Shown one piece after another: positions 40,288 to 50,693 of a stretch of DNA of 64,000 nt. The stretch is from a virus. Taxonomy: Duplodnaviria > Caudoviricetes. Below the pieces are notes generated by a model, which had not been told where the DNA came from, searched no databases, and worked only from the letters and a program-made list of their open reading frames with translations. Positions within the stretch are counted from its first letter, which is position 1, and each line of letters starts with the position of its first letter. Where the stretch lies: the IMG/VR virus record IMGVR_UViG_3300025154_000071, positions 14,173-78,172 of that record. One strand, written 5' to 3'. Made by a program: the position numbers and the translations under genes.

Positions 40288-43200
40288 TCAAAAGCAAATT
40301 GATCTTATATCTGCCACTAATCGCAACGTTTCGTGTAAATGATTCGCACGGTGTATTGTATCGTATTGATCTCGTTTATAATAAAATCCATCTGGCCCTT
40401 TTTCTAAAACAAAAAGCGCTTTAAAAATTTCAACTATTCGTGGGTTCCAGTTCTTAAAAACCTCATTTGCTTCTCTTTTTAACATAAGTCACTCCCTTTT
40501 TGTTAATTTTGCCTATAAACCAAATATATAACACCGTCAATCTCTACTTCATGTTCATCTCCATATTGTGCCAAGAAATGGCCACGACCATCTGATGATA
40601 CTGCATCATCAACGAAGTGGTCGATATCTTTTATCATGCTTTTAACAAGAAAATTAGCCGTTTCGCAGAGGCTACATTGTATTTTATTTAAAGATTTTTC
40701 GATTTCGTCTCTCTCTGCCATATGTTCTGGTTTATATGCCATATGTGATACAATAAATGATGGCCTAAATGCCCATAATGATGAAAGAACTGCCTTTTTA
40801 ACTGCTTCATCTGCTTCTTCTTCAGTGCAGACGAGATAATCATCTGCCATATTTGCCGATATGTCATCTGTGTCTGTTTCTAAGTGTTTGGCAAGTATTC
40901 TAAGGTTTAACTCGAAATTTTCGTTAGTTATCATAATCGCCCCCTATATAGTTTTATCATATTTTGCTTTTAACTTTAAATATAATTCTTTTTCTTTTGC
41001 ATTTTCCTTCTCTTGCTCTTTTAGAATATTGTCCATGGGGAGGGTTGGGTTAACTTCTATTCTTTGTATATATCCATGGTTGTTCATTTGCTTATATATT
41101 ATCGCATGCTCCTCGTTCAAAAATGCATAACTTGCATATGACTGCTCCTCCAACTCGTCATATGTCAAGAGCGCCCAAACATAAAAAGAAGATTCATCTT
41201 TGCCTGTGATTGATTGACAACCAGGGTCGTATGTTTCTCTATTCTTTCTACTTCTCATAATATTCATTGCCCCTTTCAAATGTGTCTTCAATTATTTTTT
41301 GTGTGTTTTTTAGATTGTTCTTGGAAATAAAAGTTATAATTATCTGTACACTCCCCATTTATGACGAGCGCGGTCAACGATTCGCTCATGTATGCTATAT
41401 TTTCGAAGATAGAGAATAGATGAATGATAACGCCATCATCTGACTCTGAAACAAATAATGAGCCAATATCATCTGGAACCGCTGATTTATCAAGGCGCAT
41501 GTCGAGAAGAACATTTTTCATTATAGCCTCCTATTCTGTTGCGGTATCATATACTTTGACGCATTCATAGTCTATGTCAAATTTATGTTCGCACTCGTTA
41601 CACTTAGCAACGATATACAGCATATTGTCATCAAATTCCATCATTATGGCGCCCCAATTGCCACACCCACACTCTGGACAATTAACTGCGAAAGGTTTAT
41701 TATTACTCATCATCTTCCTCCTCTTTATTTTCGTCATAACATTCTTTACAATCTATGCCATCGGGAGAGCAGCCAAGACACACTCTCTGATCGCAAGTAT
41801 CGCAAATAATATATCCGCCTATATCATCTTTATCTATCATTCTGCCGCATATTTCGCATTCGCAAGGCAACAGATCAGATTTACAGTCAAGGCACATATC
41901 GCTATCTGGGTCAAATGCCATAATGCATACTTGCATATGACATACTTCACAAGGGATACGGGTGTCTCCATGGTAATCTTGACCACAATAAGAGCATATC
42001 GGCTTATTATTGTTCATTCATTATTCTCCTTGACCTATCGGCCAGTTGCATCTTAAGATTGAATATATCATCATTGCTAAGAACATAGTTAACATCATTC
42101 TTAAAACTGCCAGAATAGAAATAAACTCGGCAATATATTTCGTAGTCATCTTTGCCTCTAACTTTGCGAATCTGATAATCTGGGCGTTCATATTCGCCAT
42201 GATATAATGTATATATGCCAGATTTACAGTAACGACCTTTGCGATATTGTATATGGTCAGAGTCTAATAATAATTGATGTGCTTCTTTTTTAGTCATGTG
42301 TTCCTCTTTGTATGCCACTATGCATATTGGTTGCGAACTTAGACGTTTCAAATACTGCATCGACCCAGCATTTGTCACGAACGGATTGCGGTAAGTCCAT
42401 CATATTGGTTGCGTTAGCGGCTTTACACGCGGTGTCTATAAATTTTGCGTATAACATCATTCTTGCCTGATGCTGAGGATTAGCTCTTGATAACATAATT
42501 ACTCCTCCTTTTTATTTTGTGATATTGCTGTAAGCATTGGCCATATCATATTAAATATGGCGTCTTTAATATTTTGGTTAGCAGATTTGCTTACTCTCTC
42601 GTTAATTAGCTCTTGTAGTTGCTCTACTGAAATATTGCCATATACAATAGATATTGAAGTGGCTATATCAACTGCGGAAGACTCTATAATTTTCATTTTT
42701 CTGGCGATCTGTTGCTGTCTTCTAAGTGTTGGCAGATACCAGTTCCAACCCTCGATAGCAGAATGGATAACATCAGCAAGGTCATCAAGATAAGCCTAAC
42801 ACGATAAACATTAAGCTAACAGTTAACGCTAACATTCTGCCTCCTTTTCATCTCTTTTGCATATTACGGTAGTGTCATTGTGCTTGCCGACAAATGATGG
42901 ACACTCTTCACAAAAGCTACTACCAACATGAACCGCATCTTCAAAGTCGCAGCCATTGATATCACGACATGTCAATCCGTATGGACATGTTTTTTGTTTA
43001 TTATAATTCGATATTTTCTTATATTTAATTTTTTTCATATTGCCTCCGCAATAGCGTCTATGACGCTTTCTTTCTTAAACCCGTATGAAAATGTAGACCT
43101 ATCGCAATGCGAATCAAACGCAGTTGCGACAACATTGCGTCCTGCTGGAGTTATAGCGCCGGCCTTGTTGATAAAGCCGCGCTGAAATAGAATCTCTTTA

Positions 43201-44355
43201 AGTTTATCGATTTCAGCAGTCTTAAATCCTGCTTCACGATATTTATCATTACGAGCAAACGATTTTAACGAGCATATCGTTACGAGAACAAATAACTCGT
43301 TTTTGCTGATATCAGGCTTTTCTATAGGCAACATCTTGGTTAAGAAATGATCTGGATGTAAGGAAATATGCAGTCCCAGGTCTTTGCCATTGAATGTGAT
43401 ATGCTCGACAAGAAACTTATCAGGCGATGGAATATATGGAGGCACTGCCTTGCCAAATGGTTCGGGCGCTGTCTGGACATCGATTGCTACTAATTCTCCC
43501 TCCATGTCGTAACAGGAGAAATTAGTACGAGAACCGCTATCCCAACATGAACGCAATGTTCGAGGAGTGTCTGATATTGACACTCTGATGTTTGTTCCTG
43601 AATAGCCTGTCAATGATTTAAGTTTGTCGAACAGTGGTGATTTATTTAACCATATTGCCTCCATGTTATCTCTCCTCCCTAATAACGCGATACCAGGCGG
43701 CATCGCAGTGTTTGCACTCATATAAGATACGATAGTCTTCGTTGCTTATTTTGATACAGTCGTGATGCCCGCAAAATGGGCAGTATGTGAACATATATGC
43801 CTCCTAGTCTCTGTTATACATTGCCTGAGCCATCGCTACTCTATAGCGATAAATAGGATTGTGTTTTAAAACAAACTTTTTATATTTGTCCATATTGTGC
43901 CTCCAACATCGTTTTTAATTCAAAATTGCCGCCAAACATTATCATGCCAGATGCGATTGACCTTGGTACAATAAATGTCTCACCTGTGTCGATATCAGTG
44001 ACGCGAATGATAGGACCACCTAAAAACTTATCTAACCCGAAAAATGAATTGCTTGTTACCATAATATTCCCTCCTGTTTAATAATTTATTTGTGATGAAA
44101 TAACCTATAACTCCACCTATTAGCACCGAAATAATAATTGTCATGTTATTCCTCCTTATCCTTTTTTAGCATATCTTTAATGTCGTGAATGTTATGGAAT
44201 ATATCAACTATCAGATAAAATGCAACGAATCCTAAAAAATAGGTAATGTATGTCGGGATATTTTGAATTATTGATGCATTGATAGCTGACATGATAACTG
44301 TAAATGCAATAATTATTATTTTTTCTTCGGACATATGGTTCCTCCTTTTACTCAA
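40288..44355 (-). other. Array of short hypothetical ORFs (40288-40485, 40503-40934, 40944-41291, 41288-41521, 41531-41737, 41703-42017, 42007-42297, 42290-42496, 42829-43038, 43035-43664, 43880-44062, 44146-44355)
   Basis: Head-to-tail early-type genes with RBSs; several Cys-rich. Confidence 0.6.
42499..42835 (-). pseudogene. Membrane-anchored hypothetical protein broken by +1 G
   Basis: ATG 42835 has AAGGAGG RBS. Removing one base of the GG at 42795-42796 yields MLALTVSLMFIVLAYLDDLAD...KMKIIESS, joining ORF 42499..42696, which lacks an RBS. Confidence 0.55.
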
Positions 44356-44709
44356 TTACAATATATGCCCCAATCATCCCGCCCCTGTGGTCACTGTCTA
44401 CGTCTTTTAATATTTTAATGCAGTTGAAAATATCAAAACATTTTTGCTCTGGATTTATAAACTGCTTTAGATATAACGGGATGAGAAACTCATTGTCTGA
44501 ACTCCATTTTTTAAACCCCAAAGAGATTGCTTGGTCGCGAGTTAAGTCATTAATGTATGGCAAATTGTTTTCGAATGGTCTAATTATGGAATCTTTTGTT
44601 TCTATTATGTTTTTAATCTTAAATTTGTCTGTCCAATCATATTCTATTGCTTCGGCCACTGATGATAGAAGGCTATTTCTTGCTTGACATAAAAAGTATA
44701 AACGTCCAT
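44348..44709 (-). pseudogene. Hypothetical protein broken by -1 base in a T5 run
   Basis: ATG 44709 has AAGGAGG RBS. Adding one base to 44691-44695 gives MDVYTFLCQARNSLLSSVAEAIEYDW..., joining ORF 44348..44659. Confidence 0.55.
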
Positions 44710-44729
44710 AATATTTCCTCCTTAAAAAT

Positions 44730-44763
44730 AAAAGCCACCACTATTTTAATTTAGCGATGGCTT
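44730..44763 (-). terminator. Intrinsic terminator
   Basis: 13-bp stem AAAGCCATCGCTA/TAGTGGTGGCTTT (2 G-U), then TATTTTT. Confidence 0.6.
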
Positions 44764-45081
44764 TCTGTAATATGTCCTCAAAATTAGACGGTTGAGATGC
44801 CGTCTTGACCTTTTGTATTGGTTTAATAGGTCTATAAGGCTGGTCAATGGCCTTAATGACCTGATGAATTGGCTTTACCATGCTATCTGTATTTCAGATA
44901 CAAGCGTGTTCTTTGATCTAATTACTTCAATAACGCCGCCAACCAGGACGCCATATATCGCAGGATCGTCAGGGAAGTCTTCGATGAAATTATTGTAGTT
45001 ATTAAGCGTTACCATTGATATAGAGTCATGAAGAGTCAAAAATACTGTAATTCCATTTACTATAATCATAATAGCCTCCAT
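44741..45081 (-). other. Two short ORFs (44741-44881, 46 aa; 44875-45081)
   Basis: Manual translation and ORF track; overlapping stop/start. Confidence 0.5.
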
Positions 45082-45099
45082 TATATTTATTGGTCTAAA

Positions 45100-45610
45100 T
45101 AAAATGACCGCCGCTACATTTCTGTAATGACGGTCGGGTCTCCGTCGTTATTTTATCTTATCTGCATAATCCTAACGATTGGGTCTTATGCAGCACATAT
45201 AGCCACATTGTCAATGCGGTCTATATGTGGAATTGGTGGTTACATATTACGGTCTAACCACTTGACCGGATTGGTATGCCCGCTATCATCTATATCCATT
45301 TTTATGGTCACCGTCAGGTGTTGCCATTCTTATGGTCGGCATATCCAACCAGTGCCGCATATATCACGGTCTTCCCTATGATAGACATATCAAGTGATAT
45401 AAATATCACCGTCTATCAATTATGTTATCTACTGGCTTCATTGAGGTGTATTGATAAATACACCGTCTATCAGTCTTCCACTGATATGCCGCATCCGTAT
45501 CGTCCAGGCGGATTCACTCAGCCGTCCAGAGGATCGTTTGTGCTCGATAACACAACATAAACCATATATCGATATCAAAGCACGGTCGCAGTATTACACT
45601 TTGATATATG
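45100..45610 (-). ncRNA. Large highly structured ncRNA candidate (~500 nt)
   Basis: No credible ORF; more than ten nested or serial helices; G-U pairs and a GAAA tetraloop favour the minus strand (see findings). Confidence 0.65.
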
Positions 45611-46018
45611 ATTTATTTCGCTATTTTATTTTATCCTGGATTTTTTAGACAAAGCGATATTATTAGCAATTTATTGCTTAATTGCTTTTATCTTTAAAAT
45701 CATAAGATTTTTATACTTACTTGCGACTAATCTAATTACTTTGATTAGATTTTTACCGCTTATTAAATGTATTTAATTTAACCCATATTCAAACAATATA
45801 ACCGCTTGTTTGTTATCCGGTATTAAATTAATTGATCTTTCATCTTCCAGGCTTATTCATGCTTAAAAATCAATTTGACCCGCTTGTCAGAAGGTATGGA
45901 TTAATTTCATAAGACTTACTTTTCGACCTGTCCGATTATTCAATCTTATAATGCTTTTTGTTTATTCTATACTTATCACCGTCCTATTAATCAATTTATA
46001 ATGGTATGATATTAAAAT

Positions 46019-46053
46019 GCTAGCATAACTAATCAATTTCAAGTTATGCTAGC
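46019..46053 (-). terminator. Perfect 12-bp inverted repeat
   Basis: GCTAGCATAACT-N11-AGTTATGCTAGC downstream of 46063..46608. Confidence 0.55.
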
Positions 46054-46062
46054 GGGTATATA

Positions 46063-46608
46063 TTATTTTATGAAGTTAAGTAATTCGTCATATTTGTTGG
46101 TGAGCGTCTTGACCGTTTTAGCGTCAATTTGTTGTAATTCTGCTGATACAAAATTTTCAGCGGTTATAAACTCCGGTAAGGTAAAGTTTTCGTCAATAGT
46201 TAAGTTTGCCGTCTTTACTTTACTTTCCGTAAATTTATCGGCTAAAAATGCTATTAAATCGGTCTTTTTGACCTCGTAAAAGTCTTTTTTGGAATTGAAT
46301 ATTGATATGAGGCGTTTAAGCGTCTTGGCGCCATACCGAACCGATAGCATTATGTCAATATCTGCGGTATCAATGACTTGTCTAAGAAAATTCTGAAATA
46401 GGTATTTTAATGCCTTTTTTTCGAGCAGAAAATTGATTTTCGCGTATAATTCAAAATGAATAGACTGAAAATCAATTTTGTCGATTTCGATGATGTTCCC
46501 GTTGTTTTTGACTAATTTTTCGTTAATCGCCGTGATGGTTGACAAAAAGTTTACCTTTTCCTGCTCGAAAGAATAATTGACGAGATAGTTTGCTTTAATT
46601 TTTTTCAT
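46063..46608 (-). CDS. Hypothetical protein
   Basis: 181 aa, AGGTGG RBS. Confidence 0.55.
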   Translation of the reverse strand: MKKIKANYLVNYSFEQEKVNFLSTITAINEKLVKNNGNIIEIDKIDFQSIHFELYAKINFLLEKKALKYLFQNFLRQVIDTADIDIMLSVRYGAKTLKRLISIFNSKKDFYEVKKTDLIAFLADKFTESKVKTANLTIDENFTLPEFITAENFVSAELQQIDAKTVKTLTNKYDELLNFIK

Positions 46609-46890
46609 TTTGTACCACCTACTATAATATTCAAGTTTTTTAATAGATACTTGTAAACTATGCTTGTAAACTATGATTGATTTTTTATGATAATTCTGGA
46701 GCCCGAGCGGAACGTGACGCGCCTATTTTTCTAATTGGCTCATAAGTTTTTCGAGCATTGCTAATATTTTCGGCGTTGGTGTCGCGCGTAGAAGAGTATC
46801 GACCTTTTGACTGATTTTTTCGCTTTTCATGTTATTACCTCTCTTTTAGTTTTTTTGTTGATGTTTATCTCTCAACCCCTTGCAATATTA

Positions 46891-46919
46891 ATTATAACAC
46901 AAAAGATAGCATAAATCAA
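46891..46919 (-). promoter_or_regulatory. Leftward early promoter
   Basis: TTGATT-17-TATAAT with TG extension. Confidence 0.65.
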
Positions 46920-47880
46920 GTTATTTTAACAATTATTTTAGAATATTTATATTTTTTAGAACATCCTCAAAATATAGATTAAATATAGTATTATCGAAAT
47001 ATTAGTATATTATATAATGTATATATATGATATATAATCAATATATAATGGTAGATATTTCACCTTAAGACCGCTTGACCGTATTTGTATCAATTTGAGA
47101 ATATTTGTATCAAAATGAGAGCGCTCAATGATATCAAGTGTTATCGGCATGCATCCTTGAAGCCAGGCTCTACCACTGCATTATTAGTTTATTTGAATAT
47201 TCTGATATTCTGAAAACATGCGTGCATAAAGGATTATGAGCAGGGGGGGTTGTAATAGGAGAAATTTTTTGAGGGGCATGAGGGCTTAACAGTACACATA
47301 TACAAGTGGGTTAAAAATCAACCCCACCCTACGTTTTCATAGATTCTCCCTCATATATAAGTGACCATCTTTTCAACCCCACCCTACAGTAACACAGTCT
47401 TTATCGCACATAAACGAGCATAATCCGGTGGTTATCCTGCATATAGAGCAATCTATAAATTATGCACAAAATATGTGCATGCACTAAAATAGTGCATATC
47501 TTATATAGTATGTCTCCCAAAACCGACACTGTAGGAAAATCCTATGTTGGCTCAAGCCGACACTATTTATTCTAAACAATCTAAATTCTCATAACATGCA
47601 TGGGGTAATTGAGCTTTAGCATACCGAAGCATTAATAAAGCGAAGCGTATTAATGCGAGGATATGATACAGCTCAATTGGGATCAGGACATAGCGATATG
47701 CTCGTAATAACGCTCATAAAACGCTATACACGGTATATAGGCTGGTGCATGGGTAATGTAAAGGAAGTAGATGAATCTGATGGCGTAATGCTCTTAGATG
47801 GCCTTATTTAAAAGGATAATGATAGGTAGTGCATAGTAGGTGTATAGGTAAAGGAGATAATAATAATAAGTGGTATAAAT

Positions 47881-47917
47881 AACAAAAAAGCCTTACAAGG
47901 AGCGAAGTAAGGCTTTT
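47881..47917 (-). terminator. Intrinsic terminator
   Basis: AAAAGCCTTAC-TTCGCTCCTT-GTAAGGCTTTT then TTGTT. Confidence 0.7.
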
Positions 47918-47997
47918 CTGCTTAGGAGGCTGTGTACATCAATGAAATCCAAGAATTAGATTCAGTGACCGGAATAAACAAATGGAGATCAGTCATC
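47881..47997 (-). ncRNA. Small RNA candidate with anti-SD motifs
   Basis: Bounded by promoter 48004-48032 and terminator 47881-47917. Confidence 0.55.
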
Positions 47998-48003
47998 AAT
48001 ATA

Positions 48004-48032
48004 ATCCTAACAAATAAATATGATGATGTCAA
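48004..48032 (-). promoter_or_regulatory. sigma70/sigmaA promoter
   Basis: TTGACA-17-TAGGAT with TG extension. Confidence 0.65.
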
Positions 48033-48818
48033 GAATAAATAGAAAATAAAATGAAATATTTTAAAATATTCCTTAAAAACAATTGGTGACAGGTCTTAAC
48101 GTAAACCACTCCCCAATGGGCGTAGCAACATATTGCTCTCCCATTCAAAACTCTTATAAACATTGATTGGTCATAATCCTAAATAAATGTCAAGTTAAAT
48201 TATTAACTATTTTTATATTTAAACCAGGGATATGTTAATAAAAGATTGGAATGTTAACATGAAAGATTTATTGCAAACCTATGCCTTAAAATAATCATTT
48301 CCTTGCGAAGTAATAGGTCATCGAGTTAAGCTCCGATAAATGAATCCTTAGAAATACTAAATCGTTTTTAGATACCTTTCTGAGCGTTATAGAGTATATA
48401 TTAAAATATCCAATGAAATCATAATATAGTGGAAGCGATATAAATATTAATAGGGAATAAGATAAAGAGAATAGCTATACTACACTATAGTAGTATAGAG
48501 TAATGATATATATTTATATTTATGATTATGTTACTATTTATTTATAATATATTATTTACGAGTTAATTTAATTTATTAAATTAATGAGTAAATAATATAA
48601 TTAGCATAGCATTATAATCGCGCGCGCGAATATCTGCGCACACGCACACGCACGTATCAGATACTAAAAGTGAATTGACTCTCATTTACGGCAAATAACA
48701 ATAAAGATATACTTGAAAGATAGCGTGGTTATTGGCGCTCGGCAAGTGCATATGAAATATCTAATCAGTTCGTTGCCATTGCTATAAAAATATTTTTATA
48801 TAAATTATTAAAAAGTTC

Positions 48819-48848
48819 TTGACATTCAATTTATGTTTATGGTAGAAT
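48819..48848 (+). promoter_or_regulatory. Rightward promoter
   Basis: GTTC-TTGACA-18-TAGAAT with TG extension. Confidence 0.7.
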
Positions 48849-48869
48849 TAAAATTAAGGGGGTGAGGTT

Positions 48870-49046
48870 ATGGAACGGCAAAAAGTCAAACAGCTTATTA
48901 TCCATTTGCCAGTTGATGTACATAAGAGTTTAAAAATTCTTTGTGCAGAGCGGCAAGAAACAATGTCGGGAACAATCGCAGAATTAATTCAAACACACGT
49001 TAACTTATATAAAATGGAGAAATTTGATGAGAAAGATAAACTATAA
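48870..49046 (+). CDS. RHH-type regulator 1 (58 aa)
   Basis: Manual translation MERQKVKQLIIHLPVDVHKSLKILCAERQETMSGTIAELI. Confidence 0.65.
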   Translation: MERQKVKQLIIHLPVDVHKSLKILCAERQETMSGTIAELIQTHVNLYKMEKFDEKDKL

Positions 49047-49182
49047 TGACAAGATGATCGTATTGGGATATGACACTCATAAAAAAATAAAACTAAGAGC
49101 ATTCGAAGAGGGGAAAACAATTAAGAGATTGATGCAGGAGGTTGTAGATGTCTACTGCCGAACGCCGCACAAAAGAGATTAG
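49027..49182 (+). CDS. RHH-type regulator 2 (51 aa)
   Basis: Manual translation ...MIVLGYDTHKKIKLRAFEEGKTIKRLMQEVV. Confidence 0.6.
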   Translation: MRKINYNDKMIVLGYDTHKKIKLRAFEEGKTIKRLMQEVVDVYCRTPHKRD

Positions 49183-49339
49183 AGAGGTTAGAATTTATAT
49201 GCCACTCGAACAACATTGTTTTTACAAAGCATTGGCGGCAAGCATAGGAGTAAGTCTTTCGAAGATTATAGAGATAGAGTTAGAGGCTGGCAAAATAAGA
49301 AGGGAAGAAAAAGGAGATAAAAATAATTATGACCGTTAA
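49148..49339 (+). CDS. RHH-type regulator 3
   Basis: EVRIYMPLEQHCFYKALAASIGVSLSKII; GGAGG RBS. Confidence 0.65.
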   Translation: MSTAERRTKEIREVRIYMPLEQHCFYKALAASIGVSLSKIIEIELEAGKIRREEKGDKNNYDR

Positions 49340-49463
49340 AGCAGAAAAGAAGAAATTAATAGGTGGCTATGTTCCTGATGACATTATGGAAAAATTTATA
49401 CAATTTAAAAAAGATAACAACCTAAACTCATCATCGGCAATAACTAAAATTATAGAATGGTAA
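49329..49463 (+). CDS. RHH-type regulator 4 (44 aa)
   Basis: Manual translation KLIGGYVPDDIMEKFIQFKKDNNLNSSSAITKIIEW. Confidence 0.6.
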   Translation: MTVKAEKKKLIGGYVPDDIMEKFIQFKKDNNLNSSSAITKIIEW

Positions 49464-49616
49464 AGGAGTAGTCAAAATGAAATTAAGTAATTGGGAACAG
49501 ATGTTATGCTTACTTGCTTATGGAATGGCTGCTAAATTTCTTAATGGTGGTCTCGAAATGTTTATAGGTTGCATTTCAATAGCAGTATTTATGACAGTAA
49601 CAAAGAAGGAGCAAAA

Positions 49617-50358
49617 ATGAAATCAAAAAGAGAGTTACCTTTTCCGAATGCTAAGCTAGAAAAGAAAGCAATTAAAAGGGTTCATGAGTCAGCGATGCAA
49701 TTCCTCCAAGAGAGTATGAATGCCTATCCAGACGATATAGACATTTTATATAACACTAGGTATGAAGCTTTATGCTTTTATAACGGTTGCGAAGGCACAA
49801 CGGCAGCAGATAAATTCTTTAAGATCGTTGAGAAGGCAGAAAAGGCAATATTAAAGTTGATGTAAGGAGAGATATTATGAAATGCAAAAATTATCATTGC
49901 TCTTGGAAATATCAACCCTATTGTAGTCGTTAGAGAGCAAGACTAGGAGGAATTATGAAAAAGAAAAAGCAAGAACCCCTGAGAGTAAAAGTATTTGATT
50001 TTGATGAGTATCTAAAAAAGCAGCGAGAAAATCCTCAATACAATAAAGTATATGAAGATGAATTAAACAGATTAATGGCCGAAAACAAAAGACTAAGCGA
50101 CGAATTAGAAAAACTTAAACAAGAATGCAGAGATTGCAGAGCGGAGTGAATATGACCTCAGAAATAAGAAGGAAACAAGTTCAGTTATATAGTCAAGACC
50201 TTGATATAATAATAGCAAATGAACCCAAAGAGATATGGGACCAGGAAGATGGAGATTTCTATCTTTTATTTGTGCCAGAGAAATGGGATGAGGTTGTGGC
50301 GGCGGCGATAAGAATGGCAAAAGAGATTCATGATTTAAAAGCCAATAAGGAGAAATAA
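49617..50358 (+). other. Short hypothetical ORFs (49617-49865, 49955-50149, 50152-50358)
   Basis: RBS-led, co-oriented. Confidence 0.55.
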
Positions 50359-50532
50359 ATGAAAGTATATCTTGTTTTACACTCAGATTTTACAACCGAT
50401 GGTGTCTTTATAGATGGCTTATATGAAACAAAGGAATCAGCATATAGAAGGTTGTCAAAGATTGACTATCCGCAGCAATGGGTAAGCGAGTAGGAAACAG
50501 AGAAGGAAGAAGAAAATGAAACCATTTCATAA
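50359..50532 (+). pseudogene. Short phage protein with internal TAG at 50491-50493
   Basis: MKVYLV...QQWVSE*ETEKEEENETIS; the readthrough overlaps the next start. Confidence 0.4.
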
Positions 50533-50693
50533 AATACTAAAATGCTTATTAGCAATAATAATGTACATGATGTTTAAATATCTTAATAACAATGGATTCT
50601 TTACGCCTATAACAGATTTTGCTCAATATGCTAAGTTAAAAATGCATTCAATAGAATATATACAGAAGTTATGGATTTAAGGGGGCAATAAAA

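Noticed and set aside
44684-44712. Antisense promoter TTGACA-17-CATAAT on the plus strand
   Set aside because: Overlaps the start of a minus-strand gene and lacks the phage's extended -35; probably coincidental.
44741-44881. Resemblance of PSNFEDILQKAI to flagellar FliE-like N-termini
   Set aside because: Too short and low-information to support.
1652-44998. Plus-strand ORFs in the left arm (e.g. 9570-10067, 20881-21366, 23089-23502, 39559-39894)
   Set aside because: Antisense shadows of real minus-strand genes or repeats; no RBS or recognisable motifs.
46020-46029. Match to the T7 terminator start CTAGCATAAC (vector contamination)
   Set aside because: Only 10 nt, part of a native 12-bp inverted repeat; no other vector sequence.
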